From a bacterium (GTDB taxonomy: Bacteria; UBA8248), in contig CBDCRP010000003.1 of the NCBI GenBank assembly GCA_965221165.1, positions 1,984,001 through 2,048,000 on the forward strand: DNA of 64,000 nucleotides, in the 5' to 3' direction. Below are positions 49,917-58,551 of this stretch, piece by piece. The translations under genes were made by a program, and so were the position numbers. The notes under the pieces are model-generated. The model searched no databases. It saw nothing but the letters and a program-made list of their open reading frames with translations, and was not told the DNA's origin. Each line of letters begins with the position of its first letter. Position 1 is the first letter of the stretch.

Positions 49917-50948
49917 TCAGGATTCAAATGAACGGGATACACAGCGGCTGCTTCCATTCCAGCCGTGCATCACGGCCGTCATCGGCCCCGGAATTCCTCC
50001 CGCCACGATCAAGACCAGTCGTTGGGCTTCCTTGATCGTCGGAACGAACGCATCGTCATCATCCAGGTCGACGGAAATTGGAAAATCATTAATCCGATTT
50101 TCCCTGTAATGGCCTCCCGTCTTGAGTTCACCCACCGTGCGGCCCGCGATTTCACAAAGTCGTCCATGGACATCCGCCTTGGAATACCCCCGCTTTGCGC
50201 AAACCGCCGCCTGTTGCGGGCTCATCGCCACCACCAAATCGGTGCTGGCCCAACAATTCCAGGCGCCCAAATGCGACATGGTGTCCGCAATGGAGGGGAA
50301 CATGCGCTCAGGGTCGTTACTCACGTCATCCCAGACCATGACGGGGCCTTCCACGTGCACGGCGGTAACGACGTCCTCGTCCGCGCCAAAACCCTTCGTC
50401 ACGGCAAAAGAATCCCAGGGGCTTTCTTCTTCGTTCTCGGCGATGCAGAACGTGAACCTCCCCGGTTGGGAGAAGGTGCTCATCGAGGTGATGCCCGGTA
50501 TTCCGCCGCCGATGTTGAGAAGCAAAAGTCTGATGGCGCGGCCAATCGTCGCGTTTGCTCTGTTTCCGGGGCCAAAACAACCAAGTCCGCCATGTAAGCC
50601 GATTTCCCTGGCGTAAGGGCCGTTCACGATTAAAAGAGGGGCCGCGCAGGAGAGCGTCGCCTGCACACCGCCCACATTGAATTTTTCCTCTAAAATAGCC
50701 TCCACGGCCCCGATGAGAACGGGCATATACTCCGGTTTGCATCCGGCCATGACGGCATGAACGGCGATGGTCCGAACATCCGCCTGGGCCAGCAGCGGGG
50801 GTACGTCCCCGATGACTTCTTCCGGAGTGCGGCTCGTGCCCGCCAGCATGAGCCCTAGGCGCTCTTCCGTCGGGGGGATGACCGGCAGGCCGTCCGACCA
50901 GGGTTTCTCAAAGAAATAATCGAACTCATCCACAGGAAGAGCGCTCAT
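49917..50948 (-). CDS. Uncharacterised 'DGLPV-x-PT' protein, paralog 1
   Basis: WSDGLPVIPPT, AVMAGCKPEY, GPGNRANATIGRA; GGAGG RBS. Confidence 0.88.
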   Translation of the reverse strand: MSALPVDEFDYFFEKPWSDGLPVIPPTEERLGLMLAGTSRTPEEVIGDVPPLLAQADVRTIAVHAVMAGCKPEYMPVLIGAVEAILEEKFNVGGVQATLSCAAPLLIVNGPYAREIGLHGGLGCFGPGNRANATIGRAIRLLLLNIGGGIPGITSMSTFSQPGRFTFCIAENEEESPWDSFAVTKGFGADEDVVTAVHVEGPVMVWDDVSNDPERMFPSIADTMSHLGAWNCWASTDLVVAMSPQQAAVCAKRGYSKADVHGRLCEIAGRTVGELKTGGHYRENRINDFPISVDLDDDDAFVPTIKEAQRLVLIVAGGIPGPMTAVMHGWNGSSRCVSRSFES

Positions 50949-51119
50949 GAAATGCCTCCGGAGAAACGCTAAGATGCGCAGGATACGCTTGCCATCGAAA
51001 ATGTTGAACAAATATACATGGGCGCTGGACAGATTGCGAATCCATGCCGTTAGAATGGGCCTTACATCCAGTTTTCCGATCACGATGGAATCACCACGTC
51101 ACCCACAGGAGCCCATTTC

Positions 51120-51506
51120 ATGCCGATATACAGAAATCTCGCCGGACAGGACCAGGGAAAAGCCGCCGACTACGTTACCGCAAACGCCGCCTGGGTCGAT
51201 GGCGCCCACACCACCATCGGTTTTTTCCGGATGGAGGCGAACGGCCATTCCAACCCGCACTATCACCATGACGAGCAATTCCTCTATCTCTTAAGGGGCA
51301 GTCTCCGCATCGCCGTGGAAGGAGAAGTCCTGGAGGCCGCACCCGGTGATCTGGTGCAGTTCCCGCCCGGAGAAGTGCATGAGATCATGGCGCTCGATGA
51401 GCCCGTGGAGCTCCTGCTCACGAGAAGCCCGGCGCGCCCGAGTCTCGACGTGCTCGCCGTGACGCCAGAAGGCGACAAGGCGAGGAGCGTGCTGCGCGCG
51501 GGCTAG
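51120..51506 (+). CDS. Cupin domain protein
   Basis: PHYHHDEQ...PPGEVHE; AGGAG RBS. Confidence 0.85.
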   Translation: MPIYRNLAGQDQGKAADYVTANAAWVDGAHTTIGFFRMEANGHSNPHYHHDEQFLYLLRGSLRIAVEGEVLEAAPGDLVQFPPGEVHEIMALDEPVELLLTRSPARPSLDVLAVTPEGDKARSVLRAG

Positions 51507-51766
51507 CCCCCCATAGCGCTCCCAAAGGGGAATTTGCGCATAACCTTATATATTTCAACAAGTTAAATTTTCACTTATTTTCAGATATTTTCGCCTTTTT
51601 TTACTATTTTTTCCCTTTCTTCAGATATTCCGGGTGGCCCCGACCGATAAGGGAGGGGCTGCCGACTGAGGAAGGAGGGTCGATTCCGCCCGAGGAGGAA
51701 GGAATTGACGACCGATGAGGGGCAAGTGGCGACCACCCTTTAAGGTCACCCCACCCCGAGGAGGGG
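51506..51766 (-). repeat. Right copy of long composite inverted repeat (partner at 4550-4838)
   Basis: See left copy. Includes the phased T-tracts 51564-51623, IHF-like TAACCTTATATATTTCAACAAGTTA (51541-51565) and four ~22-bp iterated motifs at 51640-51726. Confidence 0.95.
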
Positions 51767-51769
51767 TTC

Positions 51770-52075
51770 CGTCCCCTACGGAACGCCTCCCGTATTGGTC
51801 GGGTTTGACGCCACCATGCCGGGGTTGCAGATCACTCCCGGCCGATGAAGGTCCTCGTAGGGACAACCCCCCGTGGTTGTCCTATGTCAGGGAAGGGATG
51901 GCCCCAGGACAGGCACGGGGGCCTGTGGGGCGGCCCCGAGGAGGGAAGCTGCATAGGGGCGGTTCGCGAAACTGTGGGGCAGTCCCGATGAGTGACTGCC
52001 CCTGCTACTGGGGAAACATCGACAGGGTGGACACACACGAGCTTCCCCTTTTCGGGAAAGCCCGACGCCCCTACG
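51770..52075. repeat. REP cluster (GTAG family)
   Basis: GTAGGGACAACCCCCCGTGGTTGTCC at 51857 identical to 4414; GGACAGGCACGGGGGCCTGT at 51907; degenerate CCCCTAC ends. Confidence 0.8.
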
Positions 52076-52128
52076 GGTCAAAACGTGGTTTCGGGAATCA
52101 CAATCCCTTTCTTCCCGGTCGGGTTTGA

Positions 52129-52599
52129 TTATTCGTTCACGCGCCAGACGTCTTTCATCGCGCACCCGCTGGCCTTGTACAAATTGTACACCGGGCACCT
52201 GCGGAAATACTCGGCCTTGAGCGCCTCCACCTGCTCTTCGCTCGCCTCGATCTCAAGCCAGATTTCGCTATGCGCCTCGCTCGGGTTCGATTGGTAGCCC
52301 TCCTGGCCCGCAATGCCCCTCGGACTGTAGACGATGGTGGATTTCACCTTGAGTGAGCCTATCTCGAGTTTCGCGTCTTTCGCGCATCTCTCGAGAATCA
52401 CCGCGGTGCAGCCCGCCAGCGAGGTCACGAGATAGTCCATGGGCGAGGGCCCCTCGCCCGAGCCGCCCAGGTGCTTGGGCTCATCCATCACCAGGGTGTA
52501 TCCGCGCATGAGGGTCACGATGCTCTTCGCATGACCCTTGAAGTCCGCTTCCGCCCAGTTCTCCGTGGTTTCGGGTAATTCTTTCGGCCGAATCGCCAT
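52129..52599 (-). CDS. OsmC family protein
   Basis: DEPKHLGG, GPSPMD, LAGC, RCPV. Confidence 0.9.
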   Translation of the reverse strand: MAIRPKELPETTENWAEADFKGHAKSIVTLMRGYTLVMDEPKHLGGSGEGPSPMDYLVTSLAGCTAVILERCAKDAKLEIGSLKVKSTIVYSPRGIAGQEGYQSNPSEAHSEIWLEIEASEEQVEALKAEYFRRCPVYNLYKASGCAMKDVWRVNE

Positions 52600-52810
52600 T
52601 TTTATGCTGCCTCCCATGATTATAAACTAAAATTCCGTCCCGCCGGCGCATCCGTGAGGGTCGTCCGTGAAGACCCCCGATGCGTACGCGGGCCTTAATC
52701 GTCCTCGTTTTTTAGCAGGGAATTCATGAAAAGGGTAGGTGTGGGCGTAATCCGGTGTCGTTACCGGCAAAGGGGGGAGGAACAATCCCTCATTCTTCAA
52801 TCGGGATTGA

Positions 52811-53056
52811 TTATCTGGTTCGCTCGATGAGTTCGCGCAAGGCCATGCGGCTTTCCGCCTGCCCGCCGATGAGTTCGCGCAAGGCCACCATCGCCTCGTT
52901 GTGTCTGCGCTCGGAGTCGGTCATCGCCTCGTTGTGTCTGCGCTCGGAGTCGGCTGCCCGCATTTCCGCGCCTGTCGCCATGACGCGAATGCCGTAGTAG
53001 AGCAAGCTCAGGCCGCCGTAGGAGGCGAGGAGGTTCAAGTATTCATAGGTCGTCAT
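52811..53056 (-). CDS. Small membrane-anchored repeat protein ending ALRELIERTR
   Basis: N-terminal hydrophobic helix, 33-nt and 42-nt tandem repeats, GGAG RBS; similar to 2119-2565. Confidence 0.72.
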   Translation of the reverse strand: MTTYEYLNLLASYGGLSLLYYGIRVMATGAEMRAADSERRHNEAMTDSERRHNEAMVALRELIGGQAESRMALRELIERTR

Positions 53057-53228
53057 GCGCTTTCTCCCAGGAACCGGGTCCTCCGACGCATCTGAAATAA
53101 CTATAGAAAGATATTCCGGGTCTCGTCAAATCATCCCCGACCCGGCGGAGTGATAGCCCTCGTCTTGCCGCCGGGCTTCCCGAAGAGGGGTTCGTCTCTA
53201 CGACTGACACGCGTCCGTCACGCCGAAC

Positions 53229-53268
53229 AAAAAAATCGCCTCGCTCCCCGGAGAGGGAAACGAGGCGA
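53229..53268 (-). terminator. Rho-independent terminator of bcp
   Basis: TCGCCTCG...CGAGGCGA stem followed by T7 on the minus strand. Confidence 0.8.
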
Positions 53269-53288
53269 CATGGTTATGCGGAAGCTCT

Positions 53289-53747
53289 CTAAAGCGCTTT
53301 CAGCACGGCTTTCGTATGTCCATTCACCTTGACGTCCTTGAAAACCTTCTCGATGACGCCTTTTTCGTCGATGATGTAGGTGGTGCGGAAAATTCCGATG
53401 AACTTCCTGCCGAACAGGGTCTTTTCGCCATAGGCCCCGTACTTCGACGAGATGAGGCCGTCGGGGTCCGCCAGCAGGGTGAAATCCAGCTCCAGTTTTT
53501 GTGAAAACTTCTTGTGGCTGACCTCGTTGTCGGGGCTTACGCCGATGACGGTCGCGTTTTTCTTCTGTATTTTCACCAGCTCTTTGTTGAAGTCCTCCGC
53601 TTCCACCGTGCACCCGGGCGTATTGTCCTTCGGGTAGAAGTAAAGCACGACCCTCTGGCCCTTGTATCTCGACAGCCGGTGGACCTTGCCGTTCTCGTCC
53701 CTCAAGGCGAATGCGGGGGCTCTAGCTCCTTCTTTCAGTGCCGCCAT
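53289..53747 (-). CDS. bcp: BCP/PrxQ peroxiredoxin
   Basis: VLYFYPKDNTPGCT, GVSPD, RTTYIID. Confidence 0.93.
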   Translation of the reverse strand: MAALKEGARAPAFALRDENGKVHRLSRYKGQRVVLYFYPKDNTPGCTVEAEDFNKELVKIQKKNATVIGVSPDNEVSHKKFSQKLELDFTLLADPDGLISSKYGAYGEKTLFGRKFIGIFRTTYIIDEKGVIEKVFKDVKVNGHTKAVLKAL

Positions 53748-53886
53748 TTCGCCCCCCTGTCGTTGCAGTCCTGGAGTTCAAAAAAAACCACGCGCCTTGA
53801 GCCGCATGTGTGGATAAAGCAGGAATAATCGACGTTCGCCTGATTATACTGGCATAGTTTCGGGATCGAATCAAGGGCGGGCGGAG

Positions 53887-54738
53887 TTAGAGTCCCCAAT
53901 CCCTGGCGTAGCGGAAATCGCGGTCGATCGTGCGCTGGCTGATCTTGGCTATCAACGGCAGGCGCCTCTTGTACTGGCTGCGCTGCACCAGTCTCTGGAT
54001 TCCGTCCACGAGTTCGGGCGTAAAACCCTCGGAGAGCAACTCCTCGCGCGTGTAGCGGCAATCTATCATCCGGTACAAGACGGCGTCGGCCACCTCATAG
54101 CTGTAGCCGAGTTCCTCCTCATCGGTCTGGCCCACCCACAGGTCCGCGCTCGGGGCCTTGTCCACCACCCGGGCCGGCACGCCGACGTGGCGCGACAGCT
54201 GGCGTACCTGCGTCTTGAACAGATCGCCGATGGGGTTCACCGCGCTGGCCATGTCCCCGAACAGGGTTCCGTAGCCGAGCAGGAGCTCGGTCTTGTTGCT
54301 CGTGCCCACGACCAGGGCGCCGAGGAGGGCTGAGTGATCATATAAAATCGTCATCCTCTCTCGGGCCATCTTGTTGCCCCGGCGGAGGTTGTCGGCATCG
54401 GGGAACTGCTCGAAATACGCATCCACCTGGGGGGAAATATCCACCACCTTGAAATGGATGCCGCTGGTCTCGGCCACCGCGCGCGCATCCGCTTCGCTCC
54501 GGGGGTTGGAAAGCCGGTAGGGCATGATGACGCCCGTCACGTTCTCGGGCCCCATGGCGGCGGCCGCCAGAAAGGCGGACAGCGCGCTGTCGATTCCGCC
54601 CGAGAGGCCCAGAACCAGCTTCTTCACGCCGACTTTGGAGACCTCGTCCCTGATGAAGCCCGAGAGCAGGCCGGTGGCGAGTTCGCCGTCCAGTTCCAGT
54701 TCCGCCATCGCGTCTTGGATGAGTTCTTCGTCCAGCAA
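53887..54738 (-). CDS. nadE: NAD+ synthetase (synthetase domain only)
   Basis: [41 protein letters not shown]. Confidence 0.95.
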   Translation of the reverse strand: MLDEELIQDAMAELELDGELATGLLSGFIRDEVSKVGVKKLVLGLSGGIDSALSAFLAAAAMGPENVTGVIMPYRLSNPRSEADARAVAETSGIHFKVVDISPQVDAYFEQFPDADNLRRGNKMARERMTILYDHSALLGALVVGTSNKTELLLGYGTLFGDMASAVNPIGDLFKTQVRQLSRHVGVPARVVDKAPSADLWVGQTDEEELGYSYEVADAVLYRMIDCRYTREELLSEGFTPELVDGIQRLVQRSQYKRRLPLIAKISQRTIDRDFRYARDWGL

Positions 54739-54888
54739 ACCGAGTCTCCGCTATGAGAAATGCTTCCGCTCCCTTTCGTCTCTATCATGCCTCCCGTCCG
54801 CTCCCTCTGCAACGGCCAAGGGCCATTGACCACGCGGCACGCGGGGAATACCTTTCACTCATCCATTCATCGATTATATGGAGTCGAC

Positions 54889-55668
54889 ATGCCTTACGCG
54901 GGGAACATCGAAAATCTGAAATGGATTTACGACGAGGAAGAAGCGCTGAAAAAAGGCTCGCCCGTCTGCATCGATACGCCCAATCTCGAGGTGCGGGTCA
55001 TCGTTCTCCGGCCGGGCGTCTACCCGCCCTATCACGCGCATCACGAAGAGATGGACGAAGGCTACCTCATCTATGGCGGGCGCGGGCTGATTCACAACGG
55101 CGGCGAGACGTTTCCCGTCGGGAAGGGAAACGTTCTCTTGAACCCGCGCGGCGCGATGCACCACATGAAGAACACAGGCGAGGACGAGCTGATAGAGTTC
55201 AACTTCAGAGGGGGCCGAATGCCCTCGGGCTTCCTCATGCCGGCGGGCGACCCGCCCCCCAATCCGGATCCCGAATCCGTGAAAAACCCGCTCGCGCCGC
55301 CCGTCCCCTACATCAAGGGCGGCGTGGACGAGCTGACGGGCGCATTCGACCTCGAATCCGTGAAGGAAAAGGGCCTCACGCGCGCCATCTCCACGGAATA
55401 CCTCGAGTGCCAGATCGTCTCCTTTCCTCCCGGCGGGCGACCGCACGTCCACCGGCACCTGAACGCGATGGACGAGGCGACGCTGCTGCTCAAAGGGAAC
55501 ATGAATTTCATCATCGAAGACGAGACCATAGAAGCGTCCGCGGGCGATCTAGTACACACGCCGGGCGGGGCCTGGCACACGGTGCACAACGCGAGCGACG
55601 CCCCCGCCGTATTGTTCAACTTCCGGGGCGGCGCGCTGCCTTCAAAAACCGAATGGCGGGACGCGTAG
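54889..55668 (+). CDS. Bicupin protein
   Basis: Two cupin motifs (HAH...MDE...HH and HRH...MDE...WH), each ending FNFRGG. Confidence 0.85.
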   Translation: MPYAGNIENLKWIYDEEEALKKGSPVCIDTPNLEVRVIVLRPGVYPPYHAHHEEMDEGYLIYGGRGLIHNGGETFPVGKGNVLLNPRGAMHHMKNTGEDELIEFNFRGGRMPSGFLMPAGDPPPNPDPESVKNPLAPPVPYIKGGVDELTGAFDLESVKEKGLTRAISTEYLECQIVSFPPGGRPHVHRHLNAMDEATLLLKGNMNFIIEDETIEASAGDLVHTPGGAWHTVHNASDAPAVLFNFRGGALPSKTEWRDA

Positions 55669-56060
55669 GCCAAACCCGACTGATGAGGGAGGGATCACGA
55701 GCGAAGAGAAGGGATCACGCGTAGGGGACGCATATATGCGTCCCGCGCCCTTTCTCGCCCCCAATCGTCATTCCGGCGAATATTGGCGGCAACCTACAGG
55801 TTGACCAGAGCAGGCGTGTTCCTCATCCGCCTGGTCAATCTATCGATTGCCACCGGCATTCAGGCGCTGCGGAATGACGAGCAGGCGTAGGGGTCGTTCC
55901 ACGTTCGTGAAGATGGGCGGACAACCACGGGGGGTTGTCCCTACTTTCTTTTGGGCCGGCAACCTCGAAGAAGGCTCGTGGCTCCGTAGGGGACGCATAT
56001 ATGCGTCCCGCGCCTTTCTCGCCCCCAAAACATGGGCCGCATGTATGCGTGGGACTCCCC
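55669..56060. repeat. REP cluster (GTAG and CGTC families) with ~44-bp direct repeat
   Basis: GTAGGGGACGCATATATGCGTCCC... at 55721 and 55986; GGACAACCACGGGGGGTTGTCCCTAC; CGTCATTCCG.../...CGGAATGACG. Confidence 0.85.
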
Positions 56061-56119
56061 CGTGGAGGGAAAGTCCGGCCGCAAGGCAAGGGCGCGCAAA
56101 CGCATCCCGACGGCCCGGG

Positions 56120-57193
56120 CTAGTGGGCAACCAAGCTCCCGTGCACCCAGCGGTCCTTGTACCGGCTCTCGACGTACAGCGTCCTGCTCGTCTCGCGCGT
56201 CTCCACGTTCATGTTCCCCGGCATCGGCCTGCCGGAGGGTTTTGCGGCGCGCGCCGTGTCGATGAACGCGGCCACCTCGGCGAGCGTCGGTTGCTTGCGC
56301 TTCGGCGCATCCAGCTGCGCGATGGCTTCCGTCGCCGCCGCCTTCAACTGCCGCGGCCACACTTTCCGGAACAGGCCGGCGCTTTCGAACTCATCACCAC
56401 TGCTGATCTCGCCGTTGATGGCCAAAATATAGCCCACAGCTTCTGAATGCTGTTGCGGCAGTCCGCCCAGGGCCTTTTCATAGTCCACAAGAGCCGACCC
56501 GAGGCCCTTGTTCTCGAGCGATAGCTGGAGGCTTGAGGGCGAGCGCTCATGGGCGACCCGCTCTTTCAAGCTTCGGCCCAAACTCTTCTGCATCAACTTA
56601 ATCCCGCCCCACACCTGGCTCTGGAGGCTCGCGGCTCCCCGCCGCCGACGCGCTCTCATTTGTTCCTCCCTGGGCGCGGTCGCGCGCCGCACCCGTTTGT
56701 GTATCGCTATCCTGCCTGCCTTCGAAGGCAAGCGGTGTTCGGATACCGAAAACTCACGCATCTTCTCCCCGCCGCGCCTGGACCATCGTCCTGCCTCGAC
56801 GCAAAAGACGCCGATGGGAAGGTAGCCCGATCTCGGGGGGATGATAATACTGAAGACCAGAACGCGGTCCTGCTTGCCGCCCTTGACGATGTCGCCCGCC
56901 TGGATGAAGACGTCGCGATCACCCAGATTGCGGACCATGAGCCGGCTGACGCTGCCGGTTTCGATGACCTTGACATGGCCCCGCCTCATCGCCTCGCCCA
57001 GGGTGAGCGGCACGGGGCCTTTGTTTCGGCCCTCGCGGTGAATCAGATAGATGGCGAGATTTTTCTTTTCGTAGGATCCGGTAAGACGATAGGCCTTCTT
57101 CGCCTCCGCGATAGGCGCAAGCCCGGAAGCCAGAAGGAAAAAGCTACAAGCGGCGAGTGAGAAGACGCACGATTTTTTGAACAATTTTTTCAT
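56120..57193 (-). CDS. Secreted ARPP-1/DUF6569-like domain protein
   Basis: Signal peptide; AGDIVKGGKQDR, FCVEAGRW, QSQVW, AING; family call from memory of these motifs. Confidence 0.65.
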   Translation of the reverse strand: MKKLFKKSCVFSLAACSFFLLASGLAPIAEAKKAYRLTGSYEKKNLAIYLIHREGRNKGPVPLTLGEAMRRGHVKVIETGSVSRLMVRNLGDRDVFIQAGDIVKGGKQDRVLVFSIIIPPRSGYLPIGVFCVEAGRWSRRGGEKMREFSVSEHRLPSKAGRIAIHKRVRRATAPREEQMRARRRRGAASLQSQVWGGIKLMQKSLGRSLKERVAHERSPSSLQLSLENKGLGSALVDYEKALGGLPQQHSEAVGYILAINGEISSGDEFESAGLFRKVWPRQLKAAATEAIAQLDAPKRKQPTLAEVAAFIDTARAAKPSGRPMPGNMNVETRETSRTLYVESRYKDRWVHGSLVAH

Positions 57194-57437
57194 GACTATC
57201 TCCTATGGGAGAGAACCTGTCGGCGTTTTCGTTTGAGTTTTAATCCCGGGCGCAGGGCGCTTTTCTCCAGTCGCCCGAGGCGCCCGGGGATGTACGCGTA
57301 TTTCAGAAAACTCATCCCTCTTGCAATTTTTGGACGCAGCGGAGTTCCGAAGGGTGAGGTGGAGGCGTTACCGGAAGGGTGGTTTTCGTACGGGCCCCTT
57401 CAACGAAGAGACCGGAAAATTCGAGGTGGCGCGGATT

Positions 57438-58340
57438 TTATTTTCTTCTGCCCAGGCTATTGAAGATCGTCTGGATCCAGCGTTTCGTCGAAATAAAGCC
57501 CGTGCCCCAGCCTGCGTATTTCTGAGGAAGTCCCGCCGCTTGAATCTGTGCGAGGGTTTTGCCCGCTTTCATCTGCCCGCGCACAATGCGGGTCGTCTCG
57601 ATGAGCATCGAATGGTACGCATTCAACTCCCTAACTCCCGAGAGCGGGCCATGGCCGGGGATGATTTTGGCGTTTTTGGGTATTTGCATGATGAGTTTGC
57701 CGATATTTTTAGCAAGCCCTTCCACGTCGCCTCCGTTCCCCAGGTCCACGAACGGAAACCGGCCCGAGAAGAACAAATCGCCCGTATGAACGACGTTCGA
57801 TTTCGGGAAGAAGAGGGCGCTGTCGCCGTCGGTATGGCTGTTCGGGTAGTGAACGACGCGAATCTCCTCGCCGTTGAAATGAACGGACATCGACCCCTCA
57901 TACGTGATGACGGGGAGGCCCGCCTTCGCCTTGGGCTTTACGGTCCGGCCCAGCACGTAGCTGGTGACGGCGAGACGTTTCCGGACGTTGGCGTGCGAAA
58001 TAATGTGCGCATCTTTGCCGAATATCTCGTTCGCCCCCGTATGATCGCCGTGCCAATGCGTGTTGACCACGAAAGCGAGGGGCTTTTTCGCGCCGAGGCC
58101 CTTGAGCGCCGCTTTTATCTTGGGAGCCAGGGGAGCGAACTTGTCGTCGATCATCAAGACGCCGTCTTCGCCCGCGGATACGCCGATGTTTCCCCCTCTG
58201 CCGGTGAGCATGTGCACCGCCCCGGCAACGTGGGTCGTCTTGATTTGGGCTTCTGCGATTTGCGCGAGTCCGGGAGCCAGGTGGATGAAGGCGCAAGCCG
58301 CAAGCGTGAGGACACACGATTTTCTGGATAGTCTTTTCAT
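57438..58340 (-). CDS. Secreted MBL-fold metallo-hydrolase (cyclase-like)
   Basis: Signal peptide; GRGGNIG, NTHWHGDH, HTDGD, HTGD, PGHG. Confidence 0.92.
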   Translation of the reverse strand: MKRLSRKSCVLTLAACAFIHLAPGLAQIAEAQIKTTHVAGAVHMLTGRGGNIGVSAGEDGVLMIDDKFAPLAPKIKAALKGLGAKKPLAFVVNTHWHGDHTGANEIFGKDAHIISHANVRKRLAVTSYVLGRTVKPKAKAGLPVITYEGSMSVHFNGEEIRVVHYPNSHTDGDSALFFPKSNVVHTGDLFFSGRFPFVDLGNGGDVEGLAKNIGKLIMQIPKNAKIIPGHGPLSGVRELNAYHSMLIETTRIVRGQMKAGKTLAQIQAAGLPQKYAGWGTGFISTKRWIQTIFNSLGRRK

Positions 58341-58551
58341 GGCGGTCTCCGGTGGAAAAGAGAATCTATGGGAGTTGAAATTTCGTTTTATCTCCTGGCG
58401 GCAGAACGTTTTTCGCTGTATCAAATCCGGCATTCGCCGGAATGCGCTGATTTCAGAGGGCCGGGATGGTGGCGACCCCTCAAGGGGGGAGTGATTGAAG
58501 CCGACAGACATCTATGTCCGACCCTGCAAAAGCATGCGCATTTGCAAAAAC

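Noticed and set aside
4840-51505. Composite transposon, prophage or ICE
   Set aside because: No transposase, integrase, phage or conjugation gene, and no target-site duplication recognised. The cargo includes core genes.
51533-51560. dif-like site TTTGCGCATAA-CCTTAT-ATATTTCAACA
   Set aside because: The XerC-like arm matches E. coli dif at 9/11, but the normally conserved XerD arm only at 6/11. It is absent from the left copy and better explained as overlapping the IHF-like site.
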